Of a DNA stretch of 64,000 nt, positions 22,101-34,300 are shown piece after piece; positions within the stretch are counted from its first letter, which is position 1, and each line of letters opens with the position of its first letter. Source of the stretch: Podarcis cretensis (taxonomy: Eukaryota). Below the pieces are notes generated by a model. The model made no database searches. It was given only the letters and a program-made list of their open reading frames with translations, and had not been told where the DNA came from. The DNA lies in assembly GCA_951804945.1 (NCBI GenBank), contig OX638152.1:43338001-43402000 (forward strand). Reading direction: 5' to 3'. A program made the position numbers and the translations under genes.

Positions 22101-25100
22101 TCAGGAACAGCAACAAAACATGTTTTTGTCCCCAGCCTACCACAGGGTCACCCACTGCCCATCAATTCCTCTCCTGCTGCTCCAATGACTCACTGTGAGG
22201 AAGGGTTTTCAACTTTAGACAGCATCTGCTGCTGCAGCTAAGCAACCGATGGCTTTCCTCTGGGGCTCTCTTGAGCTCATTTTGCCTCAAAATCTCAAAA
22301 GCGCTTAAAGAAAGGGTAGGAGGAGGAAGATGTGGCAGTGATTAGCATTTACTAAGCTGCCTCAGGAGGTTTAATGCCGGTCAGCCCATACTGCTAACTG
22401 ACAGTGGCTCTCTAGTGTTGTTGGCAATAGGTTTTAATCAGCACTGCCAACTTTTAACTGGAAATGTTGCAGATGAAACATGGCATCGTCCGCATGCAAG
22501 GAATACATACTACCAGAAAGCTATGTCACCTCTCTGCGTATGAACTGGTTGGAATGCTTTTATAAACTGGAAGAAAGGGGTTCCACCAGTCCTTTAATAC
22601 CACTTAACATGCCCCAGAATCAATTGGTAAAATTTTGAATTGTACAACAAACTGTATAACTTCAGAATGTGAGTGGAGGATAACTTTTTTAGTTCCCCCC
22701 ACATATGCCCTAAACTATCTGTAAGCGTATCAGGTAGAAACCATCTATTCCAGCCCGCTTCCTACTGTGCTAGGTTTTCAGCTGCAGAGTTTTGTTTTGG
22801 TTTTTAATGCAGTAGAGCATTCAAAAGCCACTTAGACCCAGTGATGAAAGCCAATAAACTGAAGCTCAATCCTGATAAGGAGGTATTGAAGGTGGATAGT
22901 TTGGGTCTAGTCTGGGTCGATGATGTACAAAATAGTTACAGACTTATTTGCAAGGTTGCCCTTCTCTGCGTGCTATTCTGATACCCTCCTTTAATCATAC
23001 ATTCACAAAATTCTTCTAAGATTATTTGACAGCACAGAGAAATCAGAGTTTGAGGTAGAGTTTTCATTTTAAAATAGTGTAACAGAACATAATGGCTATG
23101 CATTTCTACCAGGAGCTGAGGAGATACTATGCTGGCACTGTTTCAAACAAGAGATGATTACATGAATGAGGTTTCTATCTTTATAAAAAGGAGCCAAGGC
23201 ATCAGAATCCAGTAGACTCTAACTGGTGAGTTTGCTGACATTCTGCTTTGTCCTATTGGATCAGTTATAGGCCAATGAGAGGACACAATTCTACTCAAAT
23301 TGAAATGATTGGCTATGGGGTGGGTGGGCTCTGACTGGAGCAAATAAAAGGCCAGGGTCTAGTCAATGAGACAGCAGACTAGGCTAGGCTCTGACTGTTG
23401 GTCAGTTGATGGAAGAGCTGAAAGTTGAGGTCAGACAGGGCATATCAAGGGGCTTAAGAAGCCAAAGAGAAGCCAGGAGCTAATGCCACTAATCTAGACC
23501 TGATGTTAGGTTTGTGGAGAAGGGCATGTGACTCTAGCAGTAGCCTTCAGGGGAGTTCAGCTGTCAAGCATCAGTAGGATTGCTGAGAACTTGAGGTGAC
23601 AGGGATTGATGGACTCTGGCAGAAGTCCTGAGAGAAGACTGAAGAGTCAACTTAGAGGAAGAACTCAAGGACCTGACAGAAGAGTGCAAGTATAGACCTC
23701 AGTCCCTAGTTCCTAAGTGTTAACTGATAAAGACTATTATAGTGAAATGGATTTAGGTTTGGATTTGGGGTGGTGTGGGAATGGGACTGAAGTTTGCATA
23801 AATTTCCTCTTAAAAGTGGCAGGAATCCTACTGTGTTTGATACATAATTTTGAGTGACTAAAAATAACAGTGTATACAGTAACAGTAACAAAGTAAAGTT
23901 AATCACCTAGTTTAAGTACGTAGGGATGAATATATACATGCTTATTAATGTAACAGTTTTAAGTAAGATATATTATACTTTGTTTTTACTTTATATTTTG
24001 AGCTCTGTGATGTTTTGCCCTATACTTAACCATAGCTATTGTTGGGTAAACTGAAGAAAATAAATGGTATTCATAATAAAGGATTAAGGATTAAGAAAAA
24101 TGAAATATAAGTCACAGCAAAGAAGTGTGAGATGTGCTTTTTTCTAAAAAAATGTTTAGGGGTTACTCTCATTTTCTTACTCATATTGAAATACTGCCCC
24201 TCAGTGAAGCCAAACTTAGATTCACAAAATGTTCAGGAGTATGCGTCCCCCCAGGAAAAAGCACTGGAGATGATGATAATAAAGGTTTTGCCACAGACAT
24301 CCTTACTCCTAAATTGTCACTTGAACTTAAAATATTGTGACAAAAATGAAAAATTAACTGTTTATTTGTACTTTTAGTAATATTTTTCTATAAGTTCATA
24401 ACTACATAAATATTTAAGATACCAAAATATACAAAAAAGAGAAATTTACCTTCTATTTGAAGTTCTAAATTGCTTCCAAATTCCTTTAGAAGCAGCAGAA
24501 GGACCATTGCTTAGTCACAAATTTTCACTAAGTGATTTCACATACTAGTCGCTCTCTCACTAGAATATCAGGCTGTAATCACAACGTGAATTTGCAAAGC
24601 TAAAATGAAACATCCCTGTGTACTCTGCCCTAATTCCTCATATGAGCTATGGGATGCATATGTGCCAATATTCTGCACAAGTCTGTGAATCCATATAAAT
24701 ACAAACAAGCAATTTAGAGACTGACAGCTCAGCTGGGGGAGCAAAAGCTCTTGGATCAGCATGTCAAAACAGAACATCCGTAACCTTAGTCATCCACTTT
24801 ACTACTCATAACACTGCTTCCATACGTACACAACTCAATATAGCACTACAGTATGCTTACCCAGCTGCAAAATGACAGTGAGGGATTGGGTTAGGATAGG
24901 AGCCACAGGCAAAAGACTCCCTAAACATTTAATTACATGGTAGTACAAATGCCTTCAGCGTGTCACATATTGACCTTTTTTCTTTTGTGAGAAGGTATTT
25001 GCCAGCTAATCAGTTTAGCTTCTTTAGACATGCAAACTCTATAAAAGCCTTGATTATTTTCATCATAAATTGCAGACTACAGTGGTACCTCTAGTTATGA

Positions 25101-28100
25101 ACTTTATTCGTTCAGGAGGTCCGTTCTTAACCTGAAACTGTTCTTAACTAGAGGCGTGCTTTCGCTAATGGGGCCTCTTGCTGCCACTGCACCACCGGCA
25201 CACGATTTCCATTCGCATCCTGGGGCAAAGTTCTCAGCTCGAGGTAACTCTTCCAGGTTAGCGGAGTTTGTAACCTGAGGCGTTTGTAACTCAAAGTACC
25301 ACTGTACTTTATTGTCAGATTTTTGCAGAGTACTTGTTGTAACTCAACCTGGGACCTGCTGATGAAGGGCAGGTAGTAGGCCTGGGTGATATATCAATAT
25401 ATCAATATATCACCCAGGACCAGTATGAGGAGCAGACCGTGATGTCGGCTTCACTCAGAAGTATATCACTGGTGAAAATGCTGCTATGTTTTAGACATCA
25501 CAATAGATTGTGGTTTATCTCAACAGGAACAATCCTAGGCTGACATGAACCCCCCTCAAGCGAAGCTACAAGACAGAATTTAGAAGCTTTCACCCCACCC
25601 CCACCCCCATTTAACTGCAGCTTGTTGTTGTCGAAACCCAGCAAACTGTGGTTAATCTTACATAGTTTGTTTAAAACAAGACAACTCTGACCAGGGTTTA
25701 TGACCTTGGCTTGCTTCAACAAGCCATAGCTGAGATTAAATTTCAGAGGATAATGCTAAACTGCAGTTAATTAAAAACATAAGTGAAAGTTTCTCATCTC
25801 CCACTTACTGCAGTGCCAGAGGAGGGGGAAATGCACAAGCCTAGATTTGTTCCCATCATGATAAACCACAGTTGAAACACAGATTTCTGTAAATTAAAAC
25901 CAGAATCCTATGAACAATATTTGGGATACTTAAGTATGATTGCTTACCTTTGCTGTTGTTGACATTGCTCCTGCCATTTTCATCTGTGAGTTCATCAGTT
26001 TTGTTTGTGTTGACATGGATGTAACTTTTGAACTAACAGCATAGGTTCGAGTTTTCTGTTTTCGCAGTTGCACAAGCTGTTTTGCTAGAACCTTACAGGC
26101 TTCTTTGTTTCCAGTTTTAGCCATTTTCTTTATTTCCAATTCCTATTTATTAAAATGAAAACTGTTTTTTAGTTTGTATTCACTTTTTATCTTCCAGCAT
26201 AAATACTACAATAGTTTAATGAGTAAAAGGTGATTTTTTTTTCAAACAAATTCCTATTAGACATGCAAGAGACCTATCTAAAGAAAAAAATACAATGTTT
26301 CCAAAATTAAAAGCTAGGAGTACAGGCGGAAAATGGTGTTAAGGAAATGGACAAGCTATCATTTACCATAACCAGTTTGGGCACTGATTGTGAAAGATGA
26401 ACTAAGATTCTCCAGTTACTTACCAGTTGCTTTTCCTGTCTCTCCAAAGCTACTCGATCTCTTACTATTGCCCTCTGGGTGCCTCTTAGCTCCTTATTTT
26501 GTTCTTTAATTATATCTAAGAAACAAAATATTTACAGTTAGTATAATGGATAAGGAAGTATGGTGAAGACATGCATGGTGAAAACATAAGTTTTAGGTGA
26601 AAGGTGTTTCATTCCTAATAGCAGTATCACTGATGTCTCAAAAATAGACTACTGGAATAACTGGAAAACAGACTACTAGAATAGTGTGAGGGATGGAGGC
26701 CCAGAAGACTGCATTCTCTGTGGCAGTCCCTCATTTGTGCAACTCTCACTTCACAGAAGTGCATCTAGCATTTTCATTGTACTGCTTATGCTGAACCTTT
26801 GAATGCAACCTCTTTACCCTAGCCTTTTGACAATTAAGGTATTTCATTTAGTGGGACCCACCTCCTTTATTCAGTTTCTGGTGTTTGTTCCATTTGGAAT
26901 AGTTGTTTTATAATTGTATATTACCTGGGACCTTACTGTAAAAGGCAGATAAGATAATACAGTGGTACCTCTGGATGCAAATGGGATCCGTTTTGGAGCC
27001 CCTTTCGCATCCAGAAGTGAATGCAACCCACGTCTGCGGGTCGCGATTCACCGCTTTCGCGCATGCGCGTGACGTCATTTTGACGGTCTGCACATGCGCG
27101 AGCGGCGAAACCCAGAAGTAACACGCTGCGCTACTTCCAGGTCGCCGCAGCGTGCCACCCAAAAATACTTATCCCGAAGCTACTTCAACCCGAGGTATGA
27201 CTGTACTTGATAGAAATACTATAGTCTTCAGTTGCAGGTAACTAATTACATATGGGGAACAGAATCATATGCTGTCCTGACTCCACAACTTACTTGTGTC
27301 CATTTGAAGGCCTGCACAGACAATATGTGTTTAAAATCCTCCTAAAAGGGTTGTTTCACAAGATTGGGTATCCTGCTTTTTTAGGGTCTCAGTCAGAAGG
27401 AGAGTGTTATACACACACAGCTGCTATGCAGGCCTTCCATTTAATACACATGGGTCATTGGGTCACCTGAGACTGAAGTTGTGAATATGACTCAAACATG
27501 AATGCCCCATCTTTATTTTATAAAGTCTGAAAAAAGCTTACAATGTTTTCACCGTAAAATGCATAAAACCACAATAAAACCAATTCATTCTCCCTGTGGA
27601 TAATTAATATGAAAGCATTCACCAAAGAAACAGGGAGATAAAACTTAACCCACACGAAAAGCTTGGCAAAGTTAAAAAGGGCTTAGCAGTTTGATTTCTG
27701 TGAACACACAAACTCCAAATGATATCACACATTTTCTGTACATGTAATTTAAAAAACAGCCATACTGTTTTGAATCCACAGGAAAGCAGAGGCTTCCTCT
27801 GGATCCAACCTTGAGGAATTTTATATTTGAATTATGTATGACTTGGAGGAAAGGCACCTTTGGATTCAACCTACTTCGTTACCATTTTGACACTATCATT
27901 ATTGCTTGAACATAAATTCATACTGTTGGTATTATTTGTTATCTCCATTATTGCATTTTTTCCTATTTCAAAGATGTTCACTGTACATATAATCATAGCC
28001 AGATACATTATTAAATAAGTTATATATCAACTTAAGAAAACTGCTACTGTCTCAATGCAGTATAAATAGATTAGAGATAAACCCATCTTCTGTGCCCAAG

Positions 28101-31100
28101 TATCAGCACTTGATTGTTCTCATTTTTCTATCCTTCTGATGTTATAGAAAGTGTGCTCTCCACATCACAATTTTTTTGGGGAAAATTTCCCTTTAATTTC
28201 CCTATCAAAGAAATTGTAGCACAGCATAAACAAAATACCACCTGCAGCACAAATATTTTCTAGCCTTTTAATAAACCAGCACTTTCTTCCACATAGAAAG
28301 AGTGCAAGAATCTGAACCTTATGGAATCATAACATTCAAGCTTTCAGTGGCCTACTTTGTAAGTATATATATTTGTATTGAAACACTATTTGCAAACAGA
28401 GTTGGAATTCGCATTTCGATAAGAGGGTTGTTCCCTTAGCTATAAATTGAGAAGTTGTGTTTTATCAGATGAGAATACTTGTAATGACTTTCTAAAAGTC
28501 TTTTTAGACCACAAAGATACGACACTTTGCAGGCTGGGAGTGTTTATCCTCTTTTACTCAAAGAGAAGCAAGTGACATTCCCATGAACTAGTGGCTATGG
28601 CTTCTAGAGGGGAATGAAGTTTTTAAATTATAGGACTGCCAGTCAAGGATTATATTTATCTATTTCTTCATAATAAAAAAGTATGTTTTGTGGGGTTTTT
28701 TATGCCTGAGGCCATTTCAAAGTAGCACACAATAAAGTCAAAATAATTTATTTGGAGTTGTTCAGAAGAGAGTCAACCCCCCCACCCCCGCGCTTTTACA
28801 GAGATGACTTGTCTTATTCTATTAAAAATCCCATTTCTTTTGAAAATGAAGCATTCCCAAAAGTAAGTTTCCATCTTGCTTTCACAATCTAAAAAAATCA
28901 TCTAACAATAATGATAGGATTTTGTTGCTGTTGCTTCCCACAATATAGACTGTCAAAAATGAATAAAGCATGAACTGCAGCCATAGATTTATTTTACATT
29001 AATCCTTTCTTCAAAGACTCTTCTTTCCTAGATACAGTTCCAAGACATGCCAGGATGAAATGATTTCAGCATTAAGAAGTCCTGGCAGGAAACATTTTCA
29101 TATATGTTGAGGCATCTATACTGCCCTTATTAACTTATACACAATTAGTCTCATGTAAGTACTAAATACAATGGAATGATTATCATAGGGAAAAATCAAG
29201 AGTGTTGCATGAAGAAGTTTGTACAGTGATACCTTGGTTTATGAACTTAATCTGTTCTGGAAGTCTGTTCTTAAACCAAGGCATGCTTTCCCATAGCAGC
29301 GGGGGACTCAATTTACAAATGGAACACACTCAAAAGGAAGCAGATCATGTTCTGCTTCCAAGGCAAAGTTCACAAACCAAAACACCTACTTCTGGGTTTG
29401 CAACATTCTTAATCCAAGTTGTTCATAAACTAAGCTGTTCTTAAACCAAGGTACCACTGTACTGTACAATTGGGCTTGATTTGGATTGAAATTCATACTT
29501 AAGAGTCAAAATTATGGGAACATGAGAAGTCTCAGTTGACAACTCTAAGAATTACCCTGAACTTGGGTTTGTTTGTTTTTTGTTTTTTTGGTTTGTTTGG
29601 GTTTGTTTTGTTTTGGACAAGAGAATGTGATCTGGGTATTGGGGGTTGCAGGTATGGGGGTGTTGTGTTACAGAAGATCTTCCTTCAGAACAAAATGGGC
29701 TCAAATAGTTTCCTGACTGCCCTGGGAAAGTTTTCTGTTGCTCCAGTCAGTGATCCTGTTGAATACCTGGTCAATATTGGGATAGGGAACTAATCAAGTG
29801 GATAGTATTCTGAGCCAGCACCAGGAATCAGCAGCAGGTGATGAGGGGTAACAAACTGAGGCTCAAACCAAACAAAACAAATGTACTCTTGGTGGGGGAA
29901 GGGGTGGGGGAGAGATAAAAATCTGGAATAGGGATTAAATGAAGTTTACAGGTTGGGACTATTCTGGATGCAGCTTTACATCTAGATGACCTCGTGGTAA
30001 CGATGGCCAGATGAAACTCAATCCTAATGAATGGGTCTACAAAATGGCTGTCACACAAAAACACTAAATGTGTTTTTACACCGATAAAACTTTTCATTCA
30101 ATATCCCATGATAATGCAAAAATTTAAGTTCCTTGTTATTTACTCAAAAGCACCTCTTCACAGATCAGAGGTAAGGAGGTGGCACTTATCTGCTTACATC
30201 AGACAGTAAATCTAGTGCCCTCTAGATGCCCATTATCCCTATTAAACATGTTGACTTGGGATAACTGGAGTTGTAGTTCAACATTTGGAAGACACTATGC
30301 TGGCTAACTCTGATTAAACAAAAGGATACCAGAGACAGAGCAGCTTCCAGGGTATAAATACTGAGAGTCTGAAACTATATATTTACTTCTGAATTTGTCA
30401 AAGAATGCCAACTTTACAATCCTTATGACCATGCACTCACACTTACAAGTTTTTGTCTCAGCTTATACTTTTTATGTTTTCTTCCTTAAAGGTTGAACCT
30501 TGAGGTTTCAGGTAGGAACCTCTACCACAAGTAGGAAGCTGACTTACACCATTATTGGTATCTAGCTCAGTGCTATCTGCACTGTCTAACAGTAGCTCTC
30601 CATGGTCTCTCCCAGGCCTACTTGGAGATGTAGGGATTGAACAAGATCTTTGAATGCAAAGGTTGCTATCTACCCAAGCCATGGCCCTTCCCATGAGTCC
30701 TGCTCTTTACAATGAACTCCCCACTGAGAACCATAGTGCTACACCTCATTGGCCTTCCAGAAGTGGAGCAGAACATATATCTTCCATTGAGTCCAGTTCA
30801 ATTGTTCAGCTTTAATCACTACTGTTTTTCTGCTTTTAATGGGGTGGTTTATTTGGGGCAGGGTGTTTTGTTTGTTACTGCACTCGGCCATGAGCACAAC
30901 AAAGGCAGAAAATAAATTATTTCAATTAATAAATATGGAATAGCTTTACTACCAGATATATTCACCACACATGAAAATAAGTGACAGAAAAGAAATTGTA
31001 CCACATTTGTAGTAATAGATTATCAAGTGGTCGTGTGATAGAAAACCAAACCATATGGTAACCTCGTTATCTATTCACTCTATAGCAGTCCTGTGTGACA

Positions 31101-33177
31101 AAAGGCTTCACAAAAGAAGCAACTCCTTCAAATTTATATCGGTGGAAAGCTGAGAAAGCCAGCTGTGCCATCAAATTTTGTACTCAAACTCTTCACCAGG
31201 CAAGTTATAGAAAATACTAAATTTATGTTTGATGCACTGCAATTACTGAGTAGTAATACAGTGAGGCAGCAAAGCTGGCAGGACTGGGGATAAAAATTTT
31301 ATACATCACTAGACTACTCAGTGCCTTCAAGAGCTAATGACTGTGAGAGTTCTGAGTGCTGGGAGTCGTTCATCTTATCTGCTCAGAGATGTACAAACAG
31401 GAGGAACAGGAGAGGACTCTGAAGAATATATGCCCTCCTCCCAGCCATCAACACCTTTCAGGGAAGAAGAACCAGAAGCCACATGACCATTACCTGGTAT
31501 TTCAGATTTGTCATTGGGGTAGCACTATCATCCAACTATAGGTCTAATTTTAATATTGTGAACCACTTTGATAACCATTATGGTTGTAAAACAATATACA
31601 TATAAGATAAATAAAAAAGTCACCTTTTCTTGAGAACCCAGTTCTAAAGAAAATGAGTGTCCATGTTTTGACCCATGAATGGATGACATAGCCAACAGTA
31701 AAATACAGAGGTGGGAGATACGTAATAGTGCATGACACATACAGAAAATTCACTTAGCAGCAATGATCACACAACATTATGCTGCAATAGTCACAAAATA
31801 TGCTCTTTCCCTCCCAAATATGCCAAATGCTTCAATGTAATTCAAAGCATTCCTTTGAAGTGTCTTTCTCTAAACTAAGGAAGACTTAACTCATACTTCT
31901 TTAGAAATCAGCAGTAGGTGGAATTTTTGTCTACACACACCACACAAATATAATCCCTAGGAACTTTTTAATATCAACCAGTACTGCAGCAATAGTAATA
32001 AAGGGCATCATTTTGAAGAGGACACTAAGAGCTTTTGTTACATCAAGGAAACAGCTCTCTGGCAACACTGAAGAACCCTGGCAGTTCCTGATAGGAAAGA
32101 ATGCTCTTGTTTTAATAAAACAATGCATCTTGTTTCCTTGGTTTTTTTTTAGGGCTATTGAAATTGATACAGATAATACAGATAATTATTTATTTTTATT
32201 ACATTCCTATACTGCCCTTCATCCAAAGGTCACAGGGCAGAATAAAAACACAAAAATACATAACAGAGTAACCAACAAAAACAATAATCTGACACAAAGT
32301 ATTTATTTATTAAATAAATAAATAAATAGGTGGCTACATGTAGTCATCTATTGTAACAATTTCTCAAAATTACTGCAAAAAAACAATTCTTAAGAACCTT
32401 GCCCTACTTCTAAGGCATTCTCTGCAGTAGCTCTTTCTCCATTTGAGCAGTGCAATCTCCACTGTGTGTTCAACATGGCTTACTCCCAGGTAAGCGTGCA
32501 TGTGCTCACAGCCACAATCCCTCAATAACCTGGTGCTGGCAGTTCCACAAGGTGTTTTTGTGTGTGCTGCGCTTATTAACATTGTAGGTAACACTTCCAC
32601 ACATGATCAGGAGATGAGTCATGCATGTTCTCTCTCTCCCTCTCTCAATGCACAAACAACCACCACTGCCACCCAACAGCACACACGGATTGTGCCCAAG
32701 CCTACATTCTGAGCTGCATCATTATTTTTTATTTGTATTTTTAAAATTCAAGCCTGATGGTCCATTTAAGGCAAAGGGCAAAGAACGCAGCGCAGGAGGC
32801 ACCACGACAGCTATAGGGCAATCAGAAAGGGGAGGGAGGAAGACTTCTATGGGGGGAGGCGAAGTCATATTCTAGGGGCAAACTAGGCTGGATCTCCTCA
32901 GCTCAGGGGCGAAGCGAGGAGCCCACAGGGGCGAGCACTCCCTGAAGTATCGGGAAATACCTCTCCAAAGGGGCGGGGGGAGCCTTGGGGCGAAGGGAAC
33001 CCCCCCCGTTTGCTAGGGTGCGGTGTGTCGTCAGAGGGCGAATAGGGGGGAGGGCTGCCCACCCCCAAGGAAGGAAAAAGGACCCCCCCCCGCCCCACCA
33101 TAGCGACCACCACAGCACGAGATTTCCTTCGCCCGTCACTCACCGTCCACCGTCTTCTTCTTGAAGAGCGACGCCAT
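19052..33177 (-). CDS. CHMP2B: Charged multivesicular body protein 2B (ESCRT-III); complement join(33144-33177,26424-26515,25948-26142,21141-21243,19336-19442,19052-19165), 645 nt, 214 aa
   Basis: Spliced ORF MASLFKKKTVDDIIKEQNKELRGTQR...KMAGAMSTTAKTMQAVNKKMDPQKT...DEEIERQLKALGVD*. All introns are GT-AG; exon sizes 34/92/195/103/107/114. Confidence 0.97.
19336..19442 (-). CDS. CHMP2B: CHMP2B exon 5
   Basis: Encodes INDTLDDIFNDSDEEQESQDIVNQVLDEIGIEISGK; acceptor taag, donor GTATGA. Confidence 0.95.
21141..21243 (-). CDS. CHMP2B: CHMP2B exon 4
   Basis: Encodes TMQAVNKKMDPQKTLQTMQNFQKENMKMEMTEEM; acceptor ctag, donor GTAAGT. Confidence 0.95.
24134..24267. mobile_element. Degenerate hAT-like MITE
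   Basis: GTGCTTTTT ... AAAAAGCACTG terminal inverted match; TSD not clear. Confidence 0.4.
25080..25304. mobile_element. Tc1/mariner MITE, family A variant
   Basis: TA|CAGTGGTACCT...GTACCACTG|TA. Confidence 0.85.
25948..26142 (-). CDS. CHMP2B: CHMP2B exon 3
   Basis: Encodes ELEIKKMAKTGNKEACKVLAKQLVQLRKQKTRTYAVSSKVTSMSTQTKLMNSQMKMAGAMSTTAK; donor GTAAGC. Confidence 0.96.
26424..26515 (-). CDS. CHMP2B: CHMP2B exon 2
   Basis: Encodes DIIKEQNKELRGTQRAIVRDRVALERQEKQL; acceptor ttag, donor GTAAGT. Confidence 0.95.
26960..27203. mobile_element. Tc1/mariner MITE, family B (CpG-rich core)
   Basis: TA|CAGTGGTACCTC...GAGGTATGACTG|TA; related to 50780-51040. Confidence 0.82.
29224..29459. mobile_element. 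Tc1/mariner MITE, family C
   Basis: TA|CAGTGATACCTTGGTT...AACCAAGGTACCACTG|TA. Confidence 0.82.
30525..30695 (-). mobile_element. Degenerate tRNA-derived squamate SINE (Squam3-like)
   Basis: Reverse-complement similarity to 58205-58402. Confidence 0.5.
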
Positions 33178-34300
33178 GGCGGCGGCGGCGGCGGCCCAGG
33201 AACCGAGGCAGGAGAGCGGGGCCACCGGGGCTCCTTCCTGCTCCTCAGGTGACCGACCAGGAAGCGGAGGCTGCCGCTGTTGCTGCAGCAAGCCCAGAGA
33301 CGAGCAGGAGAAAAGCCCGCCTCCCGCCTTCGGGAAGAGGCTGAGGCCGTAGCAACAGCGGCGCCCAGTGCCGCCACTGGCGCGGGGGGCGGGGCTTGCC
33401 GTGAGGGGAGCGGCTAGAGGAGGCCGTCCCTCTCGCGAGCGGAGTCGGCTCCGCGGCCGGCTGGGCAGGAGAGGGGCGGAGGGGAATGAGCGGCGTTTTC
33501 CCACGTGACAGCGCGCGAGCGGTGAGGGGGCAGGAACGGTTGGTAGCCGCTGCCATGACACGACCTAGTTGAAGGGGGGAGGGGGCTTTTTGGAAGGTGG
33601 TGGCACGTCCTGAGGGTGGGGGGACGTTTGTTTTATTAACTTATTATCCATTTATTTATCTATGTACCGTCTTTCCCCTCACGCAGCAGGGTAGGGTTGT
33701 GCTTGGGGGTTTTTTTTGGGGGGGGGGGAAGGTGAGCGGGTAGTAGTAAGCTCTACACACACACGGGGAGGCCGGGCGGATATACCTCACAGCGCCGCGG
33801 CTCACGACAACCTGTTTCCCAAGAGTGTCGCCGTTGAGGTGGCAAAGTGACCAAGCGACAACCCCGGGTTTGAGGAAATGTAGGGCGCGAGCCTTCTCTC
33901 CCTTTCCGTCGAAGCATTTTGGAGGCTTATTTTGAAACAGATGCTTTATTCGAGCTTTACACCCACTTCCACCACCGATAGAAAATGGGCTGGAAAAAAG
34001 GCATTCAGGTCACGTGTAAATTCGGGTCGGTTAAATCTTCGTGTCAGAGGCGGCCACACAGCGGTGCTTCCCGACGCCTCGACACTCTGGGCGCACCTGC
34101 GTGGTTTGAGGGGGCACCAAAGGCTGCCTCGCTAAATCCGAAATGCAGGGCAGGCGCCATGCCATGCAGTGGTTTGGGGTCGCTCTTAGCAGGTGGGCTG
34201 TACCGCCTCTGTGTACAGCATGTGAGCGCCTGCGTTTCCGTGTGGAAAGTAAGGGAGAGGTCGGCGAGGGTTGTACTTGAGCACAACCTGAGACTTGCCT
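32780..34300 (-). promoter_or_regulatory. CpG island and CHMP2B promoter with GC boxes and E-box/CLEAR-like motifs
   Basis: Sharp rise in GC and CpG around exon 1; GGGGCGG at about 33386 and 33473; CACGTGAC at 33502-33509; GTCACGTG at 34009-34016. Confidence 0.85.
33144..33177 (-). CDS. CHMP2B: CHMP2B coding exon 1
   Basis: Strong Kozak context GCCGCCGCCATGG; encodes MASLFKKKTVD; donor G|GTGAGT. Confidence 0.95.

Noticed and set aside
33136-33561. Open frame extending 128 codons upstream of the CHMP2B ATG (possible N-terminal extension)
   Set aside because: There is no in-frame upstream ATG, long stop-free frames are expected in a CpG island, and the ATG at 33177 has an ideal Kozak context and the conserved MASLFKKK start.
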